Part shown: positions 17,670 through 28,374 of the stretch, piece after piece
Layout of the letters: the number at the start of each line of letters is the position of its first letter
Position numbering within the stretch: position 1 is the first letter of the stretch
Assembly: GCF_000012925.1 (NCBI RefSeq)
Contig: NC_007517.1
Coordinates: forward strand, 3,450,001-3,482,000
Length of the DNA: 32,000 bases
Reading direction: 5' to 3'
From: Geobacter metallireducens GS-15
GTDB taxonomy: Bacteria > Desulfobacterota > Desulfuromonadia > Geobacterales > Geobacteraceae
The notes under the pieces: model-generated
Told to the model about the DNA's origin: nothing
The model's input: the letters and a program-made list of their open reading frames with translations, nothing else
The model's database searches: none
Program-made: the position numbers and the translations under genes

Positions 17670-18533
17670 GTTCCCTCCGCCGATCAATCCCACATCCGAG
17701 ATAGTGTGATGGGGTGACCTGAACGGGCGCTGCGCCACGAGCGCATTGTCCCGGTCAAGGAGCCCCATGACGCTGTAAACCTTGGTCGTTTCGATGGCCT
17801 CCTCGAAGGACATGCGGGGAAGGATGGTCGGAATCCGCCGGGAGAGCATGGTCTTGCCGGATCCCGGCGGACCAATCATAATGATATTGTGAGACCCGGC
17901 GGCCGCCACCTCCAGTGCCCGCTTGGCATGTTCCTGCCCCTTCACCTCGGAGAAGTCGTCGCCCGCGTCGGCGCTCCGTGCGAAGAACTCCTCCACGTCC
18001 ACCCGGGACGGGTCGATGGACCGGTCGCCGTTGAGAAAATCCACTACTTCGGCCAGTTCCGATACGCCGACGACCTCGATACCCTCCACCACCGCTCCCT
18101 CGCGGGCGTTTTCCAGGGGAACCACGATGCCGCGCAGCCCCGCATTCCGGGCGGCCACGGCCACGGGGAGACAGCCGCGGACCGGTTTGACGCTCCCGTC
18201 CAGGGAGAGCTCGCCGAGGAGGAGGTACTCCTTGAGCCGCTCTCCCTTGACGACGCCGATGGCGGCCAGGATGCCGATGGAGATGGGGAGGTCAAAGGAG
18301 GCCCCCTCCTTCTTCAGGTCGGCGGGGGCCAGGTTGACGGTGATCTTGCGGGGGGGAAAATCGTAACCGGAGTTCTTGAGGGCTGATTTGACCCGGTCCT
18401 TGCTCTCCTTGACGGCGCCGTCAGGAAGCCCCACGGTGGCGAACTGGGGAAGTCCCTGGGCGATATCCACCTCCACGTCGACGATGACTGCGTCGATCCC
18501 GAGGAGAGCGCTGGAGAGGGCCTTGGCTAACAT
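17670..18533 (-). pseudogene. comM: comM/yifB Mg-chelatase-like AAA+ protein, 5' fragment truncated by insertion
   Basis: The N-terminal Lon-like domain and Walker A 'GPPGSGKTM' are present. The family-typical '[19 protein letters not shown]' is followed by an unrelated tail '[21 protein letters not shown]' instead of the expected Walker B region. About 288 of an expected roughly 500 codons are present. Confidence 0.8.
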
Positions 18534-18585
18534 CAGGGGCCGTGGACCGGAGACAGGGTAGTGGCCGTGAGAAGAACCTGACCGA

Positions 18586-20683
<2,098 letters not shown>

Positions 20684-20701
20684 CAACCCCACGGAGAACC
20701 G

Positions 20702-21910
20702 ATGCTCCCCTACACCCTGATCCAGGAAGCGTCAGACCGCCTCAAAAAGCGGGTCCGGCGCACCGAGCTGATCCACTCCCACCACTTCAGCGAGCGGTTC
20801 GGCTTCCCCCTTCTCTTCAAGTGCGAGAACCTCCAGCGGACCGGCGCCTTCAAGATCCGGGGAGCCCTCAACTTCATGACCTCCCAGCCCCGGGAGGCCC
20901 TGACAAAGGGGGTCATCACCGCCTCGGCCGGCAACCACGCCCAGGGGGTCGCCTTTTCCGCCGACCTCCTGGGGGCGCAGGCCACCGTCTTCATGCCCGA
21001 GAGCACCCCGCCCCAGAAGGTGCAGGCCACCAAGGAGTATGGCGCCGACGTAGTCCTCACCGGCAGGAACTTCGACGAGGCCTATGCCGCCGCAGTCCAG
21101 GCCCAGAAGGAGACCGGCGCCCTCTTCGTGCACCCCTTCGACGATCCCCTGGTCATGGCCGGCCAGGGTACCATCGGCCTCGAAATCCTCGATGAACTCC
21201 CCGACGTCTCAGCCATCCTGGTCCCCATCGGGGGAGGCGGGCTCATCGCCGGCATTGCCACGGCGGTAAAGGAGACTCACCCCCACGTGCGGATCATCGG
21301 CATCGAATCCAAGGCCGCACCCTCCATGCACTTCTCCCTCAAGAAGGGAAAGATCGTGGAGGCCCCCCTCACGGTTACCCTTGCCGACGGGATCGCCGTG
21401 AAGAAGGTGGGACGGAACACCTTCCCCATCATCCGGGAACTGGTGGACGACGTGGTGCTCGTGGAGGAAGAGGAGATCGCCCTGGCCATCGTGGGGCTCC
21501 TGGAGCGGACGAAACTCCTCGTGGAAGGGGCTGGAGCCGTGACCCTGGCGGCCCTTCTGAACGGCAAGGCGGGGAAACTGCCGGGGAAGACGGTCTGCGT
21601 CCTCTCCGGCGGAAACATCGACGTGAAGACCATTTCCACCGTGGTGGAGCGGGGCCTTGTGGCGGCGGGGCGCTATCTGAAGCTGCAGGTGGTGCTGGAC
21701 GACATTCCCGGTTCCCTGGCGGGGCTGGCCACGGAGGTGGCTGCTGTCCGGGCCAACATCTTCCTCATCAACCACGAGCGCCGCTCCCTGGACCTTCCCC
21801 TCGGCAAGACCGAGGTCCTTCTGGAACTGGAGACCCGGGGCTACGAACACATCCAGGAGATCATCGGCCACCTGGGGCGACGGGGCTATGAGGTGGATGT
21901 CGTAAAATGA
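20702..21910 (+). CDS. ilvA: Threonine ammonia-lyase (threonine dehydratase, short form)
   Basis: 402 aa. The PLP-lysine motif is 'ENLQRTGAFKIRGA', followed by 'SAGNHAQGVA' and a single C-terminal ACT-like domain. Confidence 0.85.
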   Translation: MLPYTLIQEASDRLKKRVRRTELIHSHHFSERFGFPLLFKCENLQRTGAFKIRGALNFMTSQPREALTKGVITASAGNHAQGVAFSADLLGAQATVFMPESTPPQKVQATKEYGADVVLTGRNFDEAYAAAVQAQKETGALFVHPFDDPLVMAGQGTIGLEILDELPDVSAILVPIGGGGLIAGIATAVKETHPHVRIIGIESKAAPSMHFSLKKGKIVEAPLTVTLADGIAVKKVGRNTFPIIRELVDDVVLVEEEEIALAIVGLLERTKLLVEGAGAVTLAALLNGKAGKLPGKTVCVLSGGNIDVKTISTVVERGLVAAGRYLKLQVVLDDIPGSLAGLATEVAAVRANIFLINHERRSLDLPLGKTEVLLELETRGYEHIQEIIGHLGRRGYEVDVVK

Positions 21911-22547
21911 ACTCCCTCGTGAGGGGAGCGCCGTTGCCCGGATCCACCAACTCCGGCCGCAGGAGGTCGGCGGCCGTGTCAACATCATGCCACACCGGCA
22001 GGAGCGCCGTGGCGATGCCGGCTGACTCAGCCCGGGCCAGGGACTGCTCCAGCACCTCCGGCGTTGACCAGGCGATCCCCTCGAAGAGCTCCCGGTGGAG
22101 CCGCTTCATGGCTAGGAGATAGTAGCCGCCATCCTCCGTGGGGCCGAAGACGGCATCCACCCGAGGATCATTCAACAGATCAAAGGCCTGTTCGATGTAG
22201 TCTGGCGGGAGATGGGGCGAATCGGTGCCGATGACCGCCGCCGAGTCGTACCCCTGGCCAAAGGTCCGGTCGAAGGCCGCCGCCAACCGCGCTCCCAACC
22301 CGTCCCCCTCCTGTGGATAACTCTCCCCCTCCCCCACCGTTTCCGCGAAGAACTCAGGCACACCGTCCCCCTGTTCATAAAAGAGGAGTCTGTCCACACC
22401 TGTCATTTGGCCGGTTTTTGCGAGGACATCCAGAAGCATGCAACGGTAGAGCTTGGCGGCGTCCTCAGGAGAAAAGGGGGGGGTGAGCCGAGTTTTGACA
22501 CGGCCCGGTGACGGTCTTTTGGCAAAAACGATCAGTGCTTTTGACAT
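21861..22547 (-). CDS. DUF2064/TIGR04282-type nucleotidyl/glycosyl-transferase-like protein
   Basis: The ATG at 22547 gives 'MSKALIVFAKRPSPGRVKTRLTPP', the characteristic N-terminus of this family. Its 3' end overlaps the convergent ilvA by 50 nt. Confidence 0.6.
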   Translation of the reverse strand: MSKALIVFAKRPSPGRVKTRLTPPFSPEDAAKLYRCMLLDVLAKTGQMTGVDRLLFYEQGDGVPEFFAETVGEGESYPQEGDGLGARLAAAFDRTFGQGYDSAAVIGTDSPHLPPDYIEQAFDLLNDPRVDAVFGPTEDGGYYLLAMKRLHRELFEGIAWSTPEVLEQSLARAESAGIATALLPVWHDVDTAADLLRPELVDPGNGAPLTREFILRHPPHSPVAPGGR

Positions 22548-22705
22548 ACGGCAGAGCGGGTTTGGGGGAAGGGAGCGCAGCTGCAACGCATAGCGTTATC
22601 CACAACTTTGGCGCTTTTCAACATAGTTATCAACACCCACGGGACAAGGCGGCACAGAACTCCACGTCAAAAAAAATTAATTCGGCGACAACAATCCCTC
22701 ATGAA

Positions 22706-23491
22706 TCATGTCATTTTCTTGTCACGCTCGATGGCCGCGTAGGCCGAGTGCTTGTGGATCGACTCGAAGTTCTCCGCCTCTACGGAAAACCACGTAATAG
22801 CATCGTGGGCCAGGAGCTTCTGGGTCACCTCGCGCACGATATCCTCCACGAACTTGGGGTTCTCGTAGGCCCGCTCGGTGACGTACTGTTCGTCCACCCG
22901 CTTGAGTAGGGACCAGACCGGGCTCGACCCGCACTCCTCGATCATCGCCACCAAGTCCTCGATCCAGATGAAGTCGGTGTACCGCAGGCGCACGGTGATG
23001 TGGCTCCGCTGGTTATGGGCCCCGTAGCGGGACAGCTCCTTGCTGCACGGGCAGAGGGACGTGACCGGAATCTGCACCCCCAGCACGAAGTCGAACTCTT
23101 CCCCCAGGGAACCGCAGAAGGTGCAGGTGTACTCCATGAGGCTGCGGGCGCCGGAGACCGGTGCCCGCTTCTCGATGAAATAGGGAAACTCGATCTCCAG
23201 GTGGGCCGACGAGGCCCCCAGTTTCTCCTTCATCTTCTGGAGGATCGGCTCCATCTTGTCCAGGGCGATATCCTCACGGTAGGCATTGAGGATCTCCACG
23301 AACCGGCTCATGTGAGTCCCCTTGAAGTGGTGGGGGAGGTCCACGTACATATTGATCCGGGCCACGGTCTGCTGGAACTTCTTGTTCTTGTCCATCACCA
23401 CGATGGGGTAGGAGATGTCCTTCACCCCCACCTTGTTGATGGGAATCTTCCGGGTGTCGGAGGTTTTCTGCATGTCGGGCATGGTGGTCAT
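22706..23491 (-). CDS. folE2: GTP cyclohydrolase IB (FolE2/MptA family)
   Basis: 261 aa with 'INKVGVKDISYPIVV' and 'LPHHFKGTHMSRF'. It lies downstream of queC, consistent with queuosine/folate precursor supply. Confidence 0.85.
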   Translation of the reverse strand: MTTMPDMQKTSDTRKIPINKVGVKDISYPIVVMDKNKKFQQTVARINMYVDLPHHFKGTHMSRFVEILNAYREDIALDKMEPILQKMKEKLGASSAHLEIEFPYFIEKRAPVSGARSLMEYTCTFCGSLGEEFDFVLGVQIPVTSLCPCSKELSRYGAHNQRSHITVRLRYTDFIWIEDLVAMIEECGSSPVWSLLKRVDEQYVTERAYENPKFVEDIVREVTQKLLAHDAITWFSVEAENFESIHKHSAYAAIERDKKMT

Positions 23492-23507
23492 AACAACCTC
23501 TGGGTAT

Positions 23508-23565
23508 TCAGGAGTCAGAATTCAGGAGCCAGAAAAAACCAGGCATCTTCTATTCTGACTCCTGA
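23508..23565. repeat. 14-bp perfect inverted repeat (hairpin) spanning the queC stop and the queC-folE2 spacer
   Basis: TCAGGAGTCAGAAT (23508-23521) pairs with ATTCTGACTCCTGA (23552-23565) across a 30-nt loop. A tandem 14-mer, TTCAGGAGTCAGAA/TTCAGGAGCCAGAA, lies at 23507-23534. Confidence 0.6.
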
Positions 23566-24263
23566 CTCCTAACTTCTGGATTCTTGATGGTTGCGTACGC
23601 AACCGGGTCCGCCACCCCGGCCTCCGCAAACCCCTTGAGCCGCAGGCGGCAGGAGTCGCAGAGGCCGCAGGCAAGCCCTTCGGGCGTGGGGTCGTAGCAG
23701 GAGTGGGTCCGGCCGTAGTCGACGCCGAGGGAGAGCCCCTTGCGGATGATCTCGGCCTTGGTGAGGTGGATCAGGGGGGTGTGGATGCGGAACCGCCCCT
23801 TCCCTTCCACCCCGGCCTTGGTGGCAAGATTGGCCATGGCCTCGAAGGCGGCGATGTATTCCGGCCGACAGTCCGGGTAGCCGGAGTAGTCCAGGGCGTT
23901 GACGCCGATGAAGATGTCGAAGGCGCCGAGCACCTCGGCCCATCCCAGGGCGAAGGAGAGAAAGACCGTGTTGCGGGCCGGCACGTAGGTGACCGGGATG
24001 TCGCTCCCCACACCTTCCTTGGGGACGGCGATGTCGCTGGTGAGGGCGCTTCCCCCCACCTGGCGGTAATCGAACTCCACGACCAGATGGTCCACGGCGC
24101 CCATGGGGCGAGCGTTGCGCTTGGCCTGCTCCAGCTCAACGCTGTGGCGCTGGCCGTAGGAGAAACTCATGGCGTAGGGCTCATACCCTTCGGCCCGGGC
24201 GATGGCGAGACAGGTGGTGGAATCGAGTCCTCCGCTGTAGAGGACGACGGCTTTTTTGTGCAT
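23550..24263 (-). CDS. queC: 7-cyano-7-deazaguanine synthase
   Basis: 237 aa from the ATG at 24263. It has '[13 protein letters not shown]' (PP-loop) and the C-terminal Zn cluster '[10 protein letters not shown]'. The longer track ORF (to 24680) is an out-of-context extension across vapC. Confidence 0.9.
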   Translation of the reverse strand: MHKKAVVLYSGGLDSTTCLAIARAEGYEPYAMSFSYGQRHSVELEQAKRNARPMGAVDHLVVEFDYRQVGGSALTSDIAVPKEGVGSDIPVTYVPARNTVFLSFALGWAEVLGAFDIFIGVNALDYSGYPDCRPEYIAAFEAMANLATKAGVEGKGRFRIHTPLIHLTKAEIIRKGLSLGVDYGRTHSCYDPTPEGLACGLCDSCRLRLKGFAEAGVADPVAYATIKNPEVRSQESE

Positions 24264-24291
24264 CGGATGTAGTTCCTTCCCGAATGTCGGA

Positions 24292-24720
24292 CTAGTGACC
24301 TGCCGCGAGCAGGGCGAACCCCTCGGCCTCGGCTGCCCCGTTGAGCTTGTTGTCGAACGATGAAAAGGCGACCTCAATGGCGCCGCAGTCATTTGACAGC
24401 AGTTTTGCCGCGGCCAGATGCACGGCGTCAAACCCTCGAAGACCGTATTTCCTGACGAGATGCCCCGCCTCGATCTCATCAAAATCGAGGGCCACGAAAT
24501 GTTCCCACTCACCGGCGAAGCATTCGGCCACAACTTCGCAATCTTCGCGCGGGAGGTCGCCGCGGTTGTGCCTCCGGGTGAGGGCCGACAGCATCTCCGG
24601 ATAGGCGACGCGGCAGGTGGCGACTGCTTCGGCACTTTCCACCCACTGTCGAACGGTGTCGGAGCAGACCTCTTCCACATAAAGCTTCACCAGACTGCTC
24701 GTGTCGAGATAGAGGATCAA
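24292..24720 (-). CDS. vapC: PIN-domain toxin (VapC-type, type II TA)
   Basis: 142 aa with '[11 protein letters not shown]' (first acidic residue) and '[13 protein letters not shown]'. ATGA overlap with the upstream antitoxin ORF. Confidence 0.75.
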   Translation of the reverse strand: MILYLDTSSLVKLYVEEVCSDTVRQWVESAEAVATCRVAYPEMLSALTRRHNRGDLPREDCEVVAECFAGEWEHFVALDFDEIEAGHLVRKYGLRGFDAVHLAAAKLLSNDCGAIEVAFSSFDNKLNGAAEAEGFALLAAGH

Positions 24721-24977
24721 CGGCGCTCCTCCAGCACGGTATCAGAGAGGGATTCGCCCTTCAGTGTCACCCCCCGCTTCCCCGCCGGCTTCCCGCCCGA
24801 CCATTTCGCCCGCCCTTCAGTCATGAGAGTTTTCACCGCGCGGCGCTCCGGGGAGATGGGGACCACCAGCGCCACTTCCCTGCCATGGTCCGTTATCACC
24901 ACCTCTTCACCCTGCTGCACCTTTTCCACATAGCTGCTCAGACGCGCCTTCAACTCCTTGATCCCTACCGCTATCAT
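24717..24977 (-). CDS. Type II antitoxin (Phd/YefM-like)
   Basis: 86 aa. 'IKELKARLSSYVEKVQQGEEVVITDHGREVALVVPI' is the typical prevent-host-death fold signature. It overlaps the PIN gene by 4 nt. Confidence 0.7.
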   Translation of the reverse strand: MIAVGIKELKARLSSYVEKVQQGEEVVITDHGREVALVVPISPERRAVKTLMTEGRAKWSGGKPAGKRGVTLKGESLSDTVLEERR

Positions 24978-25061
24978 GGCATCACCTCACCGGAACGAGA
25001 CATACTTTAAGTAGTTACAACTCTACACAAAAAGTGGTCACTTTTCAAACACAAAACCGAA

Positions 25062-26252
25062 TCACAGAAACCAGCTCACCGAATTGCAAATCCGCTCCAG
25101 AAGCCGCACCAGCGAGCCCCGGCGCTCATGCTCCTCTAGAACGATACGGCGGGACCCCCTGAGGTCGTCGGCGAACATCTCCGCCATCTGCCGGCCGAAC
25201 TCGCGGCTGGCAACAATGGTGTTGACTTCGTAGTTGCGATGGAAGCTGCGCTGGTCGAGATTTGCCGAGCCGACCACCCCCCAGGTGTCGTCGATGAGCA
25301 TGACCTTGGCATGGAGAAACTCCCCCTGGCGCTCGTAGATCTCGACGCCGGCCCGAAGGAGGGGGGCGTAGTAACCGCGCCCCACGAGCCGGACGATGGG
25401 GACGTCACTCTTGGCGGGGAGGATCAATTGAACGTTTACCCCACGCCGCACGGCCCGCAGCAGAGAGCGGACCACCCGCGGACCCGGCACGAAGTAGGGG
25501 TTCATGATCCGGATCGATTCTCCCGCTCCGGCCATGGCGATGCGGAAGGCGTTGCGAATGAAGGAACGGGCGTGGTGGGGGCCGTCGCTCACGATCATCA
25601 CGTCGGCATCTCCCATGCCTGCCACGGGAATATGCTCCGCAAACCAGGCCGGAGAAGGGCTCCCCTTTTCCTCCAGCCAGAACTCGCGGAAGAGCCGCAC
25701 GAGGTCCGTGACGGCGGGCCCGTCGATTCTCACCCCCACGTCCCGCCAGCGGTCGGTTCCCCTCCCGAACCCCGAGTACTCGTCGCCGATGTTGATTCCG
25801 CCGGTGAAGGCGGTTTCTCCGTCGATGACCGCCATCTTCCGGTGGTCCCGCTTGTCGAACCAGGCGAGTCCCCGCCGGAATGGGGGAGGATTGAAGGCGA
25901 GGCACCGGACTCCCCCCTGCTCCAGGCGCCGGAAATAGGAGGAGGGAGTATCGAAACAGCCGATGTAATCGTAGATGAGGGAAACGTCGACCCTGCGGGA
26001 AGCGGCGGCCAGAAGCGCCTCCGCAAAGGCGGATCCGGTGGCGTCGTCGCGCACGATGTAGAACTCGGCGTGGATGTGGTGACGGGCCTCGGCCAGAGCC
26101 GACAGCATGGCCGGGAAGAACTCCGCACCGGAATCGTAGAGCTTCACCCTGTTCCCCCGGGAATGGGACGCCTCGGCATTTCTCCGGAAGATGCGGAGGA
26201 AACGGGGGGCACGGTGGGTACCGATTATCTTTTTTCGTCTCACGATGGACAT
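25062..26252 (-). CDS. Cardiolipin synthase (ClsB-like, two HKD motifs)
   Basis: It has 'HRKMAVIDGETAFTGGINIGDEY' and 'HAKVMLIDDTWGVVGSANLDQRSF'. The ATG at 26252 has an AGGAG SD, whereas the track start at 26300 is a TTG. Confidence 0.8.
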   Translation of the reverse strand: MSIVRRKKIIGTHRAPRFLRIFRRNAEASHSRGNRVKLYDSGAEFFPAMLSALAEARHHIHAEFYIVRDDATGSAFAEALLAAASRRVDVSLIYDYIGCFDTPSSYFRRLEQGGVRCLAFNPPPFRRGLAWFDKRDHRKMAVIDGETAFTGGINIGDEYSGFGRGTDRWRDVGVRIDGPAVTDLVRLFREFWLEEKGSPSPAWFAEHIPVAGMGDADVMIVSDGPHHARSFIRNAFRIAMAGAGESIRIMNPYFVPGPRVVRSLLRAVRRGVNVQLILPAKSDVPIVRLVGRGYYAPLLRAGVEIYERQGEFLHAKVMLIDDTWGVVGSANLDQRSFHRNYEVNTIVASREFGRQMAEMFADDLRGSRRIVLEEHERRGSLVRLLERICNSVSWFL

Positions 26253-26376
26253 GCCCGGGACTCCTGCATCAAGGGTAACGCAGGCGGGCAAGGAGGGCAA
26301 GGGAGATGATGGAGGGGAAAAGCGAAGAGGCGCGAAGTCTCCCCCGCGCCTCCCTGCTTGTCATCTTGCGTTCTTT

Positions 26377-26577
26377 TCAGTCTTCGTAGGCAACCACCCG
26401 GACAAGGCCGATGGTCTCACCCTTGTCGTCGGTGGTCGGCGAGTCGGAAACGGAGATGATCCGCTTCACGCCGTTGTTTGTCACGAAGTCGTTGACCATG
26501 GCGTCCAGAGAGGAAAGCTCCTTCATGGTCTTGAGGGGACGGATTTCCATGCCAAATGTTTTGACCTTGTAGCCCAT
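26377..26577 (-). CDS. Small conserved-looking hypothetical protein (66 aa)
   Basis: A clean ORF between cls and the NifU-like gene on the same strand. No motif was recognised with confidence. Confidence 0.45.
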   Translation of the reverse strand: MGYKVKTFGMEIRPLKTMKELSSLDAMVNDFVTNNGVKRIISVSDSPTTDDKGETIGLVRVVAYED

Positions 26578-26629
26578 GCCATCCTCCTTGATGTTACCTT
26601 CAGGCTGATCCGGGTAACGCGTACGTCGG

Positions 26630-26854
26630 CTACTGGACGGAAATCACTTCCTTCACGCCGGGGACCTTCTCCTTCAGGGTCCGCTCGATCCCCATCTTGA
26701 GGGTCATGGTGGACATGGGGCAGTGGCCGCAGGCCCCCACCAGCTTCACCTTCACCACGCCGTCCTCGGTCACCTCCACCAGCTCCACGTCACCGCCGTC
26801 CGCCTGGAGCGCGGGGCGCACCGTATCGAGAACCTTCTTCACTTCTTCCAGCAT
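26630..26854 (-). CDS. NifU C-terminal-domain (Nfu-type) Fe-S scaffold/carrier protein
   Basis: 74 aa with '[17 protein letters not shown]' and the 'GACGHCPMS' CxxC motif. Confidence 0.85.
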   Translation of the reverse strand: MLEEVKKVLDTVRPALQADGGDVELVEVTEDGVVKVKLVGACGHCPMSTMTLKMGIERTLKEKVPGVKEVISVQ

Positions 26855-26936
26855 TGTTGTCTCCTCCTTGGGTTTGTGTGCTCTGCTTATTCTAACTTCC
26901 GCTGTCCGTCACTTCCCCTCACCCGGCCTTCGGCCA

Positions 26937-26990
26937 CCCTCTCCCCCAAGGAGAGGGTTTGAGTTCTCCCCTCGCCCTGAGGGAGAGGGG
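26937..26990. repeat. Two GC-rich hairpins (REP-like or terminator-like) between the lyase gene/IS and the NifU-like gene
   Basis: The first is CCCTCTCC-cccaa-GGAGAGGG (26937-26957). The second is CCCCTCGCCC-tga-GGGAGAGGGG (26968-26990, one mismatch). No U-tract follows on the minus strand. Confidence 0.4.
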
Positions 26991-27009
26991 CGGGGGTGAA
27001 GGGGAAATG

Positions 27010-27015
27010 CTTAAT
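27010..27015. repeat. Left copy of the 6-bp target-site duplication CTTAAT
   Basis: An identical hexamer directly abuts both IS termini. Confidence 0.75.
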
Positions 27016-28368
27016 TGTTGAGTGCCACGACATCATGGACAACTTTTTGTGCCATGACATCGTGGACACTCATCTGAATCACCGCAGTTTGTAATCGAAT
27101 TCCTCGACCTGATTTTTATCCAGGAAGAGTTTCAGTTTCTGTTCTTTGACATCGATAGTCGCCACCACGTATTCAAGCGCTGTCTCCGGTGGAACCGAGA
27201 AGCATTCGCCGAAGATGTTCAGCTTCAGGTCACTGCGGATAAGGCGGACAGCATGATATTTTCCGACTTCTGGCTTCTTCAGGCGATGCCTGGGAGGTTC
27301 ATCCTCAGTCGGGAACCTCAGTTGCACATGCGAGGTGGCCAGTGCTTTCAGCGGCGTACTCCCCTTTAGCTTGCTGTAGCGATACTTGCTGTTGTGTCGC
27401 TGCTCAAAGGTCAGTGAGCCGACTTTCAATTCCTCTTCTGAAGTCATGATGACTTTGCCGAGGAACCGTTGTTGGTACCGGTCGTTGAACTTTTCGATCA
27501 TGCCGTTTCTCCATGGTTCAGCCATGGGTATGAACCATGGTTCGACATCGTTATGCAGGCAAAGACGAATCAGTGGTCCCATGCCGCGGGGATGTGTCGG
27601 GCTGCCGAAGAATGACATGGCATTGTCAACCTGGAGTCGTTCTGGGATGCCTAGTCGTTTCCAGACTTCCCACAAACCGTCAATGACCATCTGACCAGCT
27701 TTGGACCGAGATGAGTGCAACCCGCACCTGACGGTTGCTGTATCGACAACATTCAGGCTGTAGAAGCGAATTGGCCCTGTCAGATAGCATGGACCAACGA
27801 GATCAGCTTGGTGCGTCTGGTTCGGCAACGCTGACGGCAGAACTGGGTAAAGCGTCCCTTTGGCTTCGTATTTGCCGGTGCGCCGATGTGTCAGTTCATT
27901 CCTTGCAAGAATCCGATTGATGGTTCTGGTAGAAGGCAACGGCTTGACACCCAGGTCCTCCAACTCCCACAGGATGGCCTGTGCACCACAGAACAAGCCC
28001 TTGTTGTAGAGATTGAGGCGAACCATTTTGACGATTTCTTCAATCTCTGCCGTTGTACGGTTCGGCATGGATTGTGGGCATCGGGATCGCTCGTCACTCC
28101 ATACAGGGTCATCTCCATTCTGGCGAGCAACCCATTTGTATAGCCAGGAACGAGACTTGCCGAGTGATGTGCAAATTGATTCCGGGGTTTCGCCGTTTCT
28201 GAACCGTTGAACGGCCAACACCCGAAGCTGCTTGTTTTTATCTTCCATGAACACCTCCGAGTTTGATGTGGTGTTCACAGAATGCCGTGGCGACTATTCG
28301 ATTGTCAGAGAACTTTGTCTACGATGTGCTGGCACATTTTTCTGTCCACGATGTCGTGGCACTCAACA
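27016..28368 (-). mobile_element. Intact IS element (IS481-family-like), 1353 bp
   Basis: It has 53-bp imperfect terminal inverted repeats (27016-27068 versus 28316-28368) starting TGTTGAGTGCCACGACATC (19/19 identical). Each end carries two copies of a GTGCCAnGACATCnTGGACA sub-repeat. There is a single DDE transposase gene and a flanking 6-bp direct repeat. Confidence 0.85.
27079..28248 (-). CDS. DDE (rve/integrase-core) transposase with an N-terminal HTH
   Basis: The ATG at 28248 has a GGAGG SD, whereas the track start at 28278 is a GTG. The catalytic triad context is 'THQADLVG', 'LQVDNAMSF' and 'PWRNGMIEKFN'. Confidence 0.85.
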   Translation of the reverse strand: MEDKNKQLRVLAVQRFRNGETPESICTSLGKSRSWLYKWVARQNGDDPVWSDERSRCPQSMPNRTTAEIEEIVKMVRLNLYNKGLFCGAQAILWELEDLGVKPLPSTRTINRILARNELTHRRTGKYEAKGTLYPVLPSALPNQTHQADLVGPCYLTGPIRFYSLNVVDTATVRCGLHSSRSKAGQMVIDGLWEVWKRLGIPERLQVDNAMSFFGSPTHPRGMGPLIRLCLHNDVEPWFIPMAEPWRNGMIEKFNDRYQQRFLGKVIMTSEEELKVGSLTFEQRHNSKYRYSKLKGSTPLKALATSHVQLRFPTEDEPPRHRLKKPEVGKYHAVRLIRSDLKLNIFGECFSVPPETALEYVVATIDVKEQKLKLFLDKNQVEEFDYKLR

Positions 28369-28374
28369 CTTAAT
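28369..28374. repeat. Right copy of the 6-bp target-site duplication CTTAAT
   Basis: It contains the TAA stop (28370-28372, minus strand) of the adjacent lyase gene. Confidence 0.75.

Noticed and set aside
24264-24291. preQ1 riboswitch upstream of queC or folE2
   Set aside because: The queC upstream gap is only 28 nt. The queC-folE2 spacer is U-rich rather than carrying the A-rich tail and small hairpin typical of preQ1-I.
25239-26309. 356-aa plus-strand ORF opposite the cardiolipin synthase gene. Similar shadows occur at 21209..21988, 23000..23572, 23703..24272, 28232..29323, 29384..30094, 30335..31036 and 30957..31514.
   Set aside because: All are antisense shadows of well-supported genes, with no motifs and biased composition.
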